A stretch of DNA of 64,000 bases from Alphaproteobacteria bacterium (lineage in GTDB: Bacteria > Pseudomonadota > Alphaproteobacteria > Rs-D84), in NCBI GenBank assembly GCA_017505705.1, contig JAFVOS010000005.1, forward strand, positions 29,493 through 93,492, written 5' to 3'. How positions within the stretch are numbered: the first letter of the stretch is position 1; every line of letters starts with the position of its first letter. Of the stretch, positions 37,212-47,356 are shown piece by piece. The notes under the pieces were generated by a model, which saw only the letters and a program-made list of their open reading frames with translations, was not told the origin of the DNA and searched no databases. The translations under genes were made by a program, and so were the position numbers.

Positions 37212-40200
37212 AAAAGATTTTAACACTGATTATTGGTTTGTTTTTATTCTGCCCTGCAAATGCAGAAACATATTTGCGTGTAAAGCGACCTGTACTGGAA
37301 TCTGTTGTTGAAGAATACTTTGCAGATGAAGACACACAAATTAAAGTCGCAGACAAATACAATGAACTGTTGTCTAAGAACAACAACCAGGGATTAACAG
37401 CCGACGACATGTGGGTTGTTTGCCGGGCGGGCGGTTTAAAGGTCCGGCGTGATAACGACAAACAAACATGTAATAATTTTGTCAGTGCCCTGGCCGTCAA
37501 TACCAGTGTTTTTTATCACGTTTGTGGCGACGACAAAAACAAATCTGGAATCGTTGCAAGATGTATCGAAAATGTATTTGATGCCACATCAGGCGACAGT
37601 AATGTCCAGGTCACAACACGTGATGCCGTCAAACTGTCACAGGCATATGCAAAAAAACAGTTTAATGACAAAATCCAATGCGCAGATGTGGTGCGCACAA
37701 GCTCTAATGATGATTTTATCGCATGCAAATCAAGCACATCACCAAATACATATTATGAATTTAGATTTTCTGATGCCAAAGAACACAAAGACAATGCGAT
37801 TTTACATGGCGTCGAAGCTGGCATTTGCGCAATTCATGGTATGAAATATACCAAGGCAGGTTCAACATCCACAGGTTCGGTCAGTGCGGGTGTTGTATCA
37901 AATATTATTTCATGGCCATCGTCGTGTAAGGCCAACAATGCATCAGAATGTGCCCAGGTTGGAAAAACAGCCGCAGATTTCGACTATACCATGAATTGGT
38001 CTGATGAAAACGGATGCGCATTCGAAAGCAATATTATTCGTGACGCCAATGAAATTAAAAACGAGTACGGAAACCCACCAATTGATAACTGGATTTTCTC
38101 AGGCGATAAATCCCAGATACAGGTATATGCAAACACAACACTGGATGATACAATTCGTGCATATGTTCAACAAAAAATTTATCCAACACCGATTACTAAA
38201 TTTGAATGCAAAAGTGCGCACAGAAGGTATATGCGTACCAGTTTTCAAGATTCAGAAGACGTTTTAACATGTTTTATAAATGGCAAACAGGTCGATTTTG
38301 TATTTGATGATATCACACAAACAAAAACAGGATTAGGCAAAAAGAAAATTGCAGGCAGTAAACAAGCCCTAAATTGTATAGTTGCAGGCGGAACATATAC
38401 AGGAAAGGAATGCTCGTTCTTAACCGAGCAACAATGCAATGATTTAAAAAGCAGCGATATTTCAAACTGCCCGGAATGCAAAACAGCATATTGGGATTCT
38501 ATAGAAGAAATTTGTGTCTTGCCCGCCGCAAAAACTGCTGCTGATATAAAAAAATTTGAAAATGGTTCCATAAAAATTGGTGGCGCAGTATTGGTTGTAG
38601 CGGGAACCGTTGTCAGCGGTGGTAGCGCATTGGCAATTGTAGGCACAACAATGGTTGTGGCAGGAACAACGGCAGAAATGATATCAGATGCTGTTATTGA
38701 CAGTCGGGCAGAAGAATTTATACACACTATGAATCGTTGTAAAAGCAGTGGTTGTGCAGAATCTTTCCTGCGTGACAATTTGCAAAAGATTAGTAATTTA
38801 CGCATAAACTTTGACAAGCCAACATTAAATGCAATTGACACAGAAGTTGCAAGGCTGGTTGAACTGTTGCCCGATGATTCCGAATTTTTTGTAGATCTGG
38901 TTTCTGCATGTGGAATCGATACCAGTGGCGAAAGCAGTGCGGATTGTCCGTTTAATAAAAACAAGGCCGAACCAGTACAAATTATCAGATATGTTGGTCT
39001 TGGGCTACAAATTGTAGGGAATACAATATTAGTTGTTGATGGAATAGTACAACTAACAAAAACCAGCACAATCGTTCAGCAAAGAATAAATGACTTAAAA
39101 ACCAACGGCTGGGTACGTGGCACACAAAATGGTCAACCTGGGTGGATACATGGAAAAACCGGCAAATTCCAACCAACATTACAAAAAGGTCAAATCGGGT
39201 GGAACCCTGCGTCCCAGCGTTTTCATGGTTTTTCTGGTCCGGGGACGACATCTGGCAGTTTCGTTAGTGGTGCTGCGATTCAAAATACAATCAAAGGTAC
39301 ACTGATTGCTGGCAACTTGCTTAAGATTGGCGGTGGGGCGGCAAACCTGGCAAATATCGCAACTGAAGAAGATGTGATACCAAATCTGAATAGAATTCCG
39401 AGCAACAATCCTTTAAACAATATAACACCAACAAATCCAAATGCGCCGTCGAATCCGACGCAGCCGACGCCTGTAATAAGTCTGCCGGGTGTGGATCCAG
39501 TTCAGCCAATTGTTGAACCGACACCTGTATTACAGCCTGACCCAGCGCAAGAACCAGAGCAACAAATAGACACGCCAAATCCATCCAGCAATGTCACGCC
39601 ATATGCAGTGCAAGATCCACGCAAAACAGGTCTGATTGCAACCGCAGCAGTTTTGGGGGCGGTGGGTACAGGATTGTTAATTGGCGGATTGATATCAAAC
39701 AGCTCAGACGATGATAGTAATCATAAAAACACCGGAAATGTCAGTGAACTGGAACAAGATTTGAATAAGATACTGGAAAATGCAGACAGCGCATTAGGTT
39801 TTGTTGACGGCAATATGATAAAACTTGTACGACTTGCAACCGCCACAGGCGCATATGCACCAATACTAAACATAAATGGTAAAGCAGTTGCGGTGGTTAA
39901 TTATCGTGGATACAATTTGCCGTTCTATGTTAATTCTGGCAGCTGGGCGCCATTGTTGGGCATCGGTGCCAATGGTGGTTGGTTTAATGTCTATCCAGTG
40001 TCTGGCAAGACCGGGATTGCTTATATTGATGCAATTGTTGATATGCTGAATGCACAATTAAACCCAGCTGTGACAGCCCAGTTTGTAAAGGCAAACCATT
40101 TGGGATTGGCATTCCCAGCCCCAGGGGCGGACGCATATAAAATTATAAATTCTGAATTTATAAATGGGGTTGTTGAAACGTATAACGGCACATTTAACCC

Positions 40201-40255
40201 AGCTGAACAAACGCTGTATAACAATAATTATGACAAAATGAAAAAACTGTTTTAA
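37208..40255 (+). CDS. large secreted/surface protein (hypothetical, 1015 aa)
   Basis: Signal peptide (MKKILTLIIGLFLFCPANA). Cys-rich N-terminal 400 aa. Gly-zipper hydrophobic segment (IGGAVLVVAGTVVSGGSALAIVGTTMVVAGTTA). Pro-rich linker (…PTNPNAPSNPTQPTPVISLPGVDPVQPIVEPTPVLQPDPAQEPEQ…). A second hydrophobic helix. Start is ATG 37208, overlapping the upstream stop (ATGA). Confidence 0.6.
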   Translation: MKKILTLIIGLFLFCPANAETYLRVKRPVLESVVEEYFADEDTQIKVADKYNELLSKNNNQGLTADDMWVVCRAGGLKVRRDNDKQTCNNFVSALAVNTSVFYHVCGDDKNKSGIVARCIENVFDATSGDSNVQVTTRDAVKLSQAYAKKQFNDKIQCADVVRTSSNDDFIACKSSTSPNTYYEFRFSDAKEHKDNAILHGVEAGICAIHGMKYTKAGSTSTGSVSAGVVSNIISWPSSCKANNASECAQVGKTAADFDYTMNWSDENGCAFESNIIRDANEIKNEYGNPPIDNWIFSGDKSQIQVYANTTLDDTIRAYVQQKIYPTPITKFECKSAHRRYMRTSFQDSEDVLTCFINGKQVDFVFDDITQTKTGLGKKKIAGSKQALNCIVAGGTYTGKECSFLTEQQCNDLKSSDISNCPECKTAYWDSIEEICVLPAAKTAADIKKFENGSIKIGGAVLVVAGTVVSGGSALAIVGTTMVVAGTTAEMISDAVIDSRAEEFIHTMNRCKSSGCAESFLRDNLQKISNLRINFDKPTLNAIDTEVARLVELLPDDSEFFVDLVSACGIDTSGESSADCPFNKNKAEPVQIIRYVGLGLQIVGNTILVVDGIVQLTKTSTIVQQRINDLKTNGWVRGTQNGQPGWIHGKTGKFQPTLQKGQIGWNPASQRFHGFSGPGTTSGSFVSGAAIQNTIKGTLIAGNLLKIGGGAANLANIATEEDVIPNLNRIPSNNPLNNITPTNPNAPSNPTQPTPVISLPGVDPVQPIVEPTPVLQPDPAQEPEQQIDTPNPSSNVTPYAVQDPRKTGLIATAAVLGAVGTGLLIGGLISNSSDDDSNHKNTGNVSELEQDLNKILENADSALGFVDGNMIKLVRLATATGAYAPILNINGKAVAVVNYRGYNLPFYVNSGSWAPLLGIGANGGWFNVYPVSGKTGIAYIDAIVDMLNAQLNPAVTAQFVKANHLGLAFPAPGADAYKIINSEFINGVVETYNGTFNPAEQTLYNNNYDKMKKLF

Positions 40256-40261
40256 AAACCG

Positions 40262-40290
40262 CCAAAACGGCGGTTTTTATTTGACACAAA
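40262..40290. terminator. bidirectional rho-independent terminator
   Basis: ACCGCC-aaaac-GGCGGT hairpin flanked by A-run and T-run. Lies between convergent genes. Confidence 0.75.
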
Positions 40291-40297
40291 AAATGGC

Positions 40298-41872
40298 TTA
40301 TTTATGATTTTTAGCGGAGGCGGCAACAAATGCATTAAACATTGGATGCCCAGAAAATGGGCTGGATTGAAATTCTGGATGAAATTGTCCCGCCACAAAG
40401 AATGGATGAGATGGGATTTCAATAATTTCTGGTAATTTTCCATCAGGACTGATACCAGATATTTTCATGCCAGCGTCTTCAAACTTTTCACGCCATGCAA
40501 TATCCATTTCATACCGGTGACGATGACGTTCACTGATTTGTTCTGCGCCATATATGTCATGGGCACGTGTTCCCGGTGTAATTACACATGGGTATGCACC
40601 CAAACGCAATGTTCCGCCCATATCCGCCGCATCATGGTCGGCCATAATATTGATAACAGGTGTCGCTGATTTGTTAAATTCTGTAGAGTCCGCATCAGAA
40701 ATCCCCAAAACATTGCGTGCAAATTCAATTACTGCAACCTGCATCCCCAGGCAGATACCCATGTACGGGACATTGTTTTCACGCGCATATCTGGCCGCTG
40801 CAATCTTGCCGGGGACGCCACGTGCCCCAAAGCCACCAGGCACCAAAATCCCATCAACGTCCGAACAATCTTCAGCAGAAAATGTTTCTGCGTTAATCTT
40901 TTTTAATTTAACATGAACATTATTTTGAATTCCGGCATGGAACAATGCTTCGTTCAATGATTTATACGCATCTGGGACATCAAAATACTTGCCCACAATA
41001 CCAATATTCACCGTTGGAATGTCTGCGTTTAAATATTTTTCAATTTTTTCAAATCGGCTCATATTTCCAATTGCGTTTGGCAGACCAAAATGATCCGCAA
41101 TTATATCGAATACATGTTGTGATTCATACGCCAATGGAATCTTGTAAATATTATCAACATCAATGCCACTGATTACATTTTTTGCGGGCAGATTACAGAA
41201 CATACCAATCTTGGCACGTTCATCTGATGTCAGCATACGGGGCGTGCGCACAATTAACATATCAGCCTGGATTCCATTTTCCAGCAGGCGTCGCACCGAC
41301 ATCTGGGTTGGCTTGGTTTTCAGTTCACCTGACTTTTCCAAATAAGGTGCCAATGTCAAATGCACAAACATTACATTGCGACGTCCAACCTGGTTCGCAA
41401 ACTGACGAATTGATTCCAAGAAAATTTGGCCTTCTATGTCACCGACTGTTCCACCAATTTCACAGACAACAAAATCTGCATCTGTGGGCGCCGCAACATA
41501 TTCTTTGATTTTATTTGTGACGTGCGGAATCATCTGAACCGTTGCCCCCAAATAATCACCACGACGTTCAGCCGACAGCACATCCCAATATATACGACCA
41601 CCAGACACAGAATCTGTACGTGACAGACGTGCCCCCAGGAATCGTTCATAATATCCCAGGTCTAAATCTGTTTCATATCCATCATTTGTGACGTATACTT
41701 CGCCATGTTGAAACGGCGACATGGTGCCCGGATCTATGTTTAAATACGGATCAAATTTGCGGGCGTGCACAGTATAGCCACGCGATTGAAGAAGGGCGCC
41801 ACAACTTGCCGCTGCGACGCCCTTGCCTAAACTTGAAACCACCCCACCAGTAATAAATATATATTTTGCCAT
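40298..41872 (-). CDS. pyrG: CTP synthase
   Basis: N-terminus MAKYIFITGGVVSSLGKGVAAAS and a C-terminal glutamine amidotransferase domain. Start placed at ATG 41872, preceded by RBS GGGGG, rather than the longer ORF-track start. Confidence 0.92.
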   Translation of the reverse strand: MAKYIFITGGVVSSLGKGVAAASCGALLQSRGYTVHARKFDPYLNIDPGTMSPFQHGEVYVTNDGYETDLDLGYYERFLGARLSRTDSVSGGRIYWDVLSAERRGDYLGATVQMIPHVTNKIKEYVAAPTDADFVVCEIGGTVGDIEGQIFLESIRQFANQVGRRNVMFVHLTLAPYLEKSGELKTKPTQMSVRRLLENGIQADMLIVRTPRMLTSDERAKIGMFCNLPAKNVISGIDVDNIYKIPLAYESQHVFDIIADHFGLPNAIGNMSRFEKIEKYLNADIPTVNIGIVGKYFDVPDAYKSLNEALFHAGIQNNVHVKLKKINAETFSAEDCSDVDGILVPGGFGARGVPGKIAAARYARENNVPYMGICLGMQVAVIEFARNVLGISDADSTEFNKSATPVINIMADHDAADMGGTLRLGAYPCVITPGTRAHDIYGAEQISERHRHRYEMDIAWREKFEDAGMKISGISPDGKLPEIIEIPSHPFFVAGQFHPEFQSSPFSGHPMFNAFVAASAKNHK

Positions 41873-41952
41873 AAGAATTGCCCCCTTATGTAAATGTATC
41901 TTAGGAAATTTTTCATTGCGGCGCAATCAAATAAATTCCTATACTGAAAAAC

Positions 41953-43863
41953 ATGTGGAAATGGATTGAAAACCAGCATCAGAATTTATTTTTATATGTC
42001 GGGCTGACGTTGGCTTTTGGCGCAGCCTTGTATTTTTCCATACCATTTGAACCAAGTATTCCATATGCAGCATTATTGGCAATGGCACTGGGTGTAATTG
42101 CAATCTGGAAACGTGTGCCGGTTATCCTGCGGGCAATTGCGATATTCTTGTTTGGATTTGTTTATGCATACATATATACAAACGCTGTCGATACACCACA
42201 AATAAAATCAACCATGCGTGATGTAAACCTTGTCGGCAATGTTTATAAAATTGATTTCACGAACACTAAGCCAAGAATCTATATAAAAACAGATGACAAT
42301 ATGAACGTACGTGTGTCTGTCAGCGAAAACCAGGCGACACCAAATGTTGGCGACAAAATAAATGCAACAGCAACACTGTTTCGTCCAAGTGGGGCATATG
42401 CACCAGAAACGTTTGACTATGCACGTTGGGCGTATTTTAATAATCTGTCTGCAACGGGTTATATTTCTGATTACAATGTAATTGTATCAGCAGATAAAAT
42501 TTCCATTAATGCATTACGTGACCGATTGCATAAAAATGCAAATTCATTCCTGGTAGACAGTCTGGCATTGGGATATAAAAACGCAGTTCCAGAAAGAGAC
42601 AATAAAATATGGACTGCAACAGGTATCGGACACGTGTGGTCAATCAGCGGATTCCACATGACACTGGTTGGCGGATGGTTGTTTGCAATATTCTTTTTAA
42701 TATTCCGTTCAATACCATATGTCACACGACGGATGCCGGCACGAATTCCTGCGCTGTGTTGTGCATGGATAGGATTGATAGCATACCTGTTTATATCGGG
42801 GATGGATGTGGCAACCGTTCGTGCTTTTTTGATGACAACATTGGTATTTATGGCATTCATTTTTGGGCGCATGGCAATTTCAATGCGCAATATATGTATA
42901 GCATTTTGTCTGATATTCTTTATTAACCCACACTATGTTATGCAACCAGGATTTCAGTTATCTTTTTCAGCGGTATTTGGCCTGATTTGGTTTTGGGGTG
43001 ACACAAAATATACCAAGCGCACACCCATGCAAAAAATCATGAGAACAATTTATACGATAATTATAACATCGGTTATCGCAAGTGTTTTTACAGCCCCATT
43101 TGTTTTGGCACACTTTGGGGCACTGCCGCTGTTTGGCATAATTGGCAATTTGATTTTATTGCCAATATTTTCGTTTGCAATTATGCCACTGGTAATGATT
43201 GGGGCGTGTGGGGCAAACTGGGCAACTATTTTTGCGCACGAAATATATAATTGGACATTAAATATTGCAACACAAATTGCTGATTTACCACTGTCTGAAA
43301 TTACTGTATCCCACATTCCAAATTCTGCAATGGTCTGCTTTATTCTGGGAATGGCATGTGTGATATTTATTAAGAATATAAAAATTAAAATCAACCTTAT
43401 CACTGGTGGGATATTTGTAATAGTGGGGATATTGCTGGTCGCAACGCAACCAAAACCAGTATTTATGTCAACATATGACAACGAATTGGTGGCAATTCGA
43501 CGTGCAAATGGACAATTGGCATTCAATATGAAAAGCGCATCAAAACACTATTTCGCATTTGATACATTCTTGCAAATTTCTGGGAACACACCAGATGCAA
43601 TGCGCCACAAGCACAAATGTCACAAAGGCGTATGTGAATTTAAGTCTGATAACTTTAAATTAATGTACACCCAACGCTTTATGCCATTGATGAAAAATCT
43701 GAACAACTGGTGCGCAGATGACGACATTGATTATATTGTTTCATACCTGGACATAGATGCCCAACATTGCAATCACAAGATTTTACGCAATGCGTTTATA
43801 ATTTACGACAATGGGCGAATTGATTACATTCCACTTAATCGCCGCTGGCATAATCGGCCCTAA
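41953..43863 (+). CDS. comEC: ComEC/Rec2-family competence membrane protein (no metallo-beta-lactamase domain evident)
   Basis: 636 aa, polytopic. DUF4131-like N-terminal region and a competence domain (…GIGHVWSISGFHMTLVGGWLF…). Confidence 0.7.
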   Translation: MWKWIENQHQNLFLYVGLTLAFGAALYFSIPFEPSIPYAALLAMALGVIAIWKRVPVILRAIAIFLFGFVYAYIYTNAVDTPQIKSTMRDVNLVGNVYKIDFTNTKPRIYIKTDDNMNVRVSVSENQATPNVGDKINATATLFRPSGAYAPETFDYARWAYFNNLSATGYISDYNVIVSADKISINALRDRLHKNANSFLVDSLALGYKNAVPERDNKIWTATGIGHVWSISGFHMTLVGGWLFAIFFLIFRSIPYVTRRMPARIPALCCAWIGLIAYLFISGMDVATVRAFLMTTLVFMAFIFGRMAISMRNICIAFCLIFFINPHYVMQPGFQLSFSAVFGLIWFWGDTKYTKRTPMQKIMRTIYTIIITSVIASVFTAPFVLAHFGALPLFGIIGNLILLPIFSFAIMPLVMIGACGANWATIFAHEIYNWTLNIATQIADLPLSEITVSHIPNSAMVCFILGMACVIFIKNIKIKINLITGGIFVIVGILLVATQPKPVFMSTYDNELVAIRRANGQLAFNMKSASKHYFAFDTFLQISGNTPDAMRHKHKCHKGVCEFKSDNFKLMYTQRFMPLMKNLNNWCADDDIDYIVSYLDIDAQHCNHKILRNAFIIYDNGRIDYIPLNRRWHNRP

Positions 43864-44578
43864 TAAAATACAGGCCAGACGCCGGTGCGGTTGGGCCGGC
43901 GGCACTGCGATTTTTTGCAGCCAAAATCTTATCAACATCATATGGTTTGCCAACACCAATCTCAATCAATGTACCAACAATATTACGCACCATGTGGTGT
44001 AAAAAAGAGCGTGCAGAAAATTCAAAAACAATTTCGTCACCACTTTGCGTTATTTCGATTTTATCAAGTGTTTTGATGGGGGATTTTGCCTGACACTCGG
44101 ATGCACGAAAACTGGAAAAATCATGATTGCCAATCAATTTACCAGCCGCAATGCGCATCTTTTCAACATCCAGTTTACGTGGCACCCAATAAACACGATT
44201 TTTTTGCAATACTGGGGCCATTGGACGATTTAAAACAACATACTTGTAATGGCGGGCAACGCAATCAAAGCGGGCATTAAATTCATCGGACACAATTTCG
44301 CACGCACGCACCACCACAGGTTTACCAACCAGGTAAAAATTTATTGCACGCATTACAGTTTCCGCAGGCGTTTCACCCGGCAAATCAAAATGAGCCGTCA
44401 TTGCAACCGCATGAACCCCTGCGTCAGTGCGACCGGCACCAACAACATCCACACGTGCCCCACAAAACCCAGCAATCGCATCTTTGACCAACGATTGAAC
44501 GGATGGCCCCTGGGCGTTTTCCTGCCAGCCAATCAAATCAGTGCCATCGTATTCCAATATTACCTTGTATCGTGTCAT
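43835..44578 (-). CDS. truA: tRNA pseudouridine(38-40) synthase
   Basis: 247 aa. MTRYKVILEYDGTDLIGWQ…GAGRTDAGVHA, with the catalytic Asp in RTDAGVHA. Confidence 0.9.
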   Translation of the reverse strand: MTRYKVILEYDGTDLIGWQENAQGPSVQSLVKDAIAGFCGARVDVVGAGRTDAGVHAVAMTAHFDLPGETPAETVMRAINFYLVGKPVVVRACEIVSDEFNARFDCVARHYKYVVLNRPMAPVLQKNRVYWVPRKLDVEKMRIAAGKLIGNHDFSSFRASECQAKSPIKTLDKIEITQSGDEIVFEFSARSFLHHMVRNIVGTLIEIGVGKPYDVDKILAAKNRSAAGPTAPASGLYFIRADYASGD

Positions 44579-44853
44579 TATTTTGTTTTTCCCATTTGTT
44601 CTTTTTCAGCCGCAATGCGTGCACGAATCTGACGTGTTTTTATAGCACAATCAGCACACATGCTGTCCCGACGTTTTATTTCGTCTGCATCATAGTTTAT
44701 CGCACATGATTTGCAGTCTTTGCCGATATAGCAATGTGCACATCTGCAATTGCGGTTATAGCATCCACGAATTACATATTGATGTGAATAAAGACAATAA
44801 AATTCACGTGGACGTGAACCAATGTGCGTGTTTCTGTGTGGGTTCTTTGACAT
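44578..44853 (-). CDS. small Cys-rich (zinc-ribbon-like) protein, paralog 1
   Basis: 91 aa with 9 Cys residues in CxC-xx-C, CxxC, CxxC arrangements. Its TAA stop overlaps the truA ATG (TAATG), indicating translational coupling. Confidence 0.5.
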   Translation of the reverse strand: MSKNPHRNTHIGSRPREFYCLYSHQYVIRGCYNRNCRCAHCYIGKDCKSCAINYDADEIKRRDSMCADCAIKTRQIRARIAAEKEQMGKTK

Positions 44854-44869
44854 TATTCATCCATTTGGT

Positions 44870-45103
44870 TTAACGTGTATAGCCCTGGCATTTTTGACAA
44901 CGTGTTTGTCCAGCAATGCAAATTAATTCTTCTACCAGTTTGCTGTATGTTTTGCATTTATGACAACCACCACCAAAGCATTCCAAACATGGGCATTCGC
45001 CGTTATTATTATGCTGTGATATATCTACATGGGCATGCCACAGGCCACACATCTTTTTTTCTGTACACATTATATTATTCCCCATAGCGTATCGGTAATC
45101 CAC
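44870..45103 (-). CDS. small Cys-rich (zinc-ribbon-like) protein, paralog 2
   Basis: 77 aa with 10 Cys residues. CPCLEC, CHKC and CQKC motifs are spaced as in paralog 1. It overlaps the fmt 3' end, so the start is probably an internal Met around 45070. Confidence 0.4.
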   Translation of the reverse strand: MDYRYAMGNNIMCTEKKMCGLWHAHVDISQHNNNGECPCLECFGGGCHKCKTYSKLVEELICIAGQTRCQKCQGYTR

Positions 45104-45881
45104 GCAGGCCGTTTACAAAACTTTTCCAATCCATTGGATTTTTTCCAGACGGCTGAATTCGCATGATTTTTAATTCGCCATTTTCAATTCTTGTTTCCAG
45201 AATCTTGACATCTGTGCCATTGATTTTTGTACGCCCTGCCCCCAGCGCACGAATTTGGTTATGTATTTGACGGGCAGATTTATTCCAATCTATTACCTCG
45301 TCCGCCCCTGTCCATTTGTGTGTATATGATGGTGTACCTGTTTGCGGCGTTGATGGATATGCAGATGGATTATCCAAGTATTCAATTAACATATTACCAC
45401 CAATTTCAGACACGACTTTTTCAACACTTTCATTTGTGTCATTTTCATCAATTTCAAATTCACGACACATATGAATATCACCAGCATCCAGTTCCGCCGT
45501 CACATCCATTAAGCATACCGCCGACGTCTTGTCACCGTTATAAATTGCAGTTCTGATTGGTGACGGTCCACGATACTGCGGCAGGCGACTGGGGTGAATA
45601 TTAACACATGGCGCAGATGCCAAAACATTATCACGCAATATCACACCATAGGACACAACAACAATCATATCTGGCGCAAAATTATAATCATTGATATTTG
45701 TGTAAACAGGTAATTTATTTGCGTCTGCCCACACGTGTACAGGCGATGGTGTCAGTATTTTTTTTCGGCCTGCGGGTTTTGGCGCACGTGTAAAGACCGC
45801 CATGATTTCATGACCTGCATTTTTTATTTTTTCAAACATTGGAACAACGAATGCGTTCGTCCCCATCAAGACCAATTTCAT
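45075..45881 (-). CDS. fmt: methionyl-tRNA formyltransferase
   Basis: 268 aa with a formyltransferase N-terminal domain (…VVSYGVILR…NIHPSRLPQYRGPSPI…). Overlaps the def stop by 4 nt, consistent with a def-fmt operon. Confidence 0.9.
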   Translation of the reverse strand: MKLVLMGTNAFVVPMFEKIKNAGHEIMAVFTRAPKPAGRKKILTPSPVHVWADANKLPVYTNINDYNFAPDMIVVVSYGVILRDNVLASAPCVNIHPSRLPQYRGPSPIRTAIYNGDKTSAVCLMDVTAELDAGDIHMCREFEIDENDTNESVEKVVSEIGGNMLIEYLDNPSAYPSTPQTGTPSYTHKWTGADEVIDWNKSARQIHNQIRALGAGRTKINGTDVKILETRIENGELKIMRIQPSGKNPMDWKSFVNGLRGLPIRYGE

Positions 45882-46378
45882 TTGCGACGTCTCACTTTTC
45901 TCATAACCATTTCACGACGCACAGGCGACAAATGATCAATAAACAACACACCGTCAAGATGATCTGTTTCATGCTGAACAATGCGTGCAGGCAGCCCTGA
46001 CATTTGTGCGCCAACACGTTCACCATGTTCGTTTGTCCATTCAACCGTCACAGATTCAGGTCGGGTAACATTAGAATACACCGGTAAATTGTCACCCCCA
46101 AGAACAGACAAGCACCCTTCTTCCATTGTGCAGCGTTCGTCGGACAGTGATGTAATTTCTGGATTTATCATCCGATATACGGTTTTAGTATCTGGATCCA
46201 TCATAACCAAAAAACGTGACAAAATACCAACCTGGGGGGCAGCAAGTCCCACACCGTTTTGTGAATCCATCATTGACACCATTTCATCCATGGTCTGTAA
46301 TAATTCAGGCGTTATGTCAGCAACAGGCTGACATTTCTGACGCAGAACTAAATCACCACAAAGTTTCATTTGCAACAT
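45878..46378 (-). CDS. def: peptide deformylase
   Basis: 166 aa. Contains the Def motifs GxGxAAxQ-like (GVGLAAPQVG), EGCLS and HETDHLDG. Confidence 0.95.
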   Translation of the reverse strand: MLQMKLCGDLVLRQKCQPVADITPELLQTMDEMVSMMDSQNGVGLAAPQVGILSRFLVMMDPDTKTVYRMINPEITSLSDERCTMEEGCLSVLGGDNLPVYSNVTRPESVTVEWTNEHGERVGAQMSGLPARIVQHETDHLDGVLFIDHLSPVRREMVMRKVRRRK

Positions 46379-46424
46379 ATCTAAATCCCTATATAATATC
46401 GATATGATACCAAAGGATTAGGAA

Positions 46425-47306
46425 ATGACAACTTATATTTTCATTATGCTGGCAGTTATTATTGTCCTGTTAATGGTGCTATTGGTGCGAAAACCAACAA
46501 TAGACATATCTGCACTGCGTGAAGATAATATAAGATTACGGGAACGTCTGGCGGAACGTTTGGGGGCGTTAAGCCAAAATGCAATTGAACTGAAAAACAT
46601 TAGTGCAGATATTGCTAATTTTAAAAACATTCTTATGGGAAACAAACAGGCACGTGGAACATTTGGTGAACGACAACTGGAAGATCTGGTTTCGGACATT
46701 ATGCCGCCTGAAACATATGCATTTCAAAGCGTACTGGAAACTGGTGTGCGACCAGATTGTATAATACGTCTGCCGTATCCGCCAGGTGATATGATTATCG
46801 ACAGTAAATTTCCACTGGAAAGCTTTAACCGTATGATGGCAGACAACACAGACGGCATTGCACGCAAACAATTCGAATTAGACGTACGCAAACACATCGA
46901 TGCAATCGGCGAAAAATACATTATCCCAGGGCGCACAGCAGAATCTGCAATGATGTTTATCGCATCAGAATCTATATTTGAAACACTGCATCGAGAATTT
47001 CCAGACACAATTGAATACGCTGGACGAAAAAAGGTGTTTATCGTATCACCATCAACACTGTGGGCAACGCTGAACACAATTCGGGCGGTGTTATCAGATA
47101 TTAAAATCAAACGTGTTGCCGCAAAAATAAAAAAAGAACTGGAATTATTGTTAACCGATTTATCTCGATTAAATGAACGTGCCACCAAGGTAAACCAGCA
47201 TTTTGCCATGGCCCAGACAGATATTGATCAACTGCAAACATCCATCGGAAAAATTACACCACGTGCAGAAAAATTACGTGCAATGGATTTTGGTGACGAA
47301 CAATAA
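46425..47306 (+). CDS. rmuC: DNA recombination protein RmuC
   Basis: 293 aa. N-terminal TM helix, coiled-coil, and a RmuC core (…RPDCIIRLPYPPGDMIIDSKFPLESF…). Confidence 0.8.
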   Translation: MTTYIFIMLAVIIVLLMVLLVRKPTIDISALREDNIRLRERLAERLGALSQNAIELKNISADIANFKNILMGNKQARGTFGERQLEDLVSDIMPPETYAFQSVLETGVRPDCIIRLPYPPGDMIIDSKFPLESFNRMMADNTDGIARKQFELDVRKHIDAIGEKYIIPGRTAESAMMFIASESIFETLHREFPDTIEYAGRKKVFIVSPSTLWATLNTIRAVLSDIKIKRVAAKIKKELELLLTDLSRLNERATKVNQHFAMAQTDIDQLQTSIGKITPRAEKLRAMDFGDEQ

Positions 47307-47308
47307 AA

Positions 47309-47338
47309 ATACCACCCAAATGGGTGGTTTTAATTTTT
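47309..47338 (+). terminator. rho-independent terminator after rmuC
   Basis: ACCACCCA-aa-TGGGTGGT followed by a T-run. Confidence 0.75.
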
Positions 47339-47356
47339 GGCAGCCCCAACGGGAAT
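47333..47356 (-). repeat. 24-nt direct duplicate of the tRNA-Glu 3' end plus 5 downstream nt (att-like remnant)
   Basis: ATTTTTGGCAGCCCCAACGGGAAT at 47333-47356 is identical to 47515-47538, which overlaps the tRNA-Glu 3' end. Confidence 0.6.

Noticed and set aside
36306-37500. Minus-strand ORFs (124, 178, 107, 112 aa) overlapping the secreted Gly/Ala/Thr-rich gene
   Set aside because: They are antisense products of a GC-skewed, repeat-rich coding region. The plus-strand gene has a signal peptide, an RBS and translational coupling to the next gene.
41873-41926. N-terminal extension of pyrG (MRRNEKFPKIHLHKGAIL…)
   Set aside because: The conserved CTP synthase N-terminus MAKYIFITGG starts at ATG 41872 and is preceded by a GGGGG RBS.
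44870-45103. Treating the full 77-aa ORF as the true extent of Cys-rich paralog 2
   Set aside because: The first 29 nt overlap the fmt 3' end. The gene is kept, but the start is probably an internal Met (about 45070), and confidence is lower than for paralog 1.
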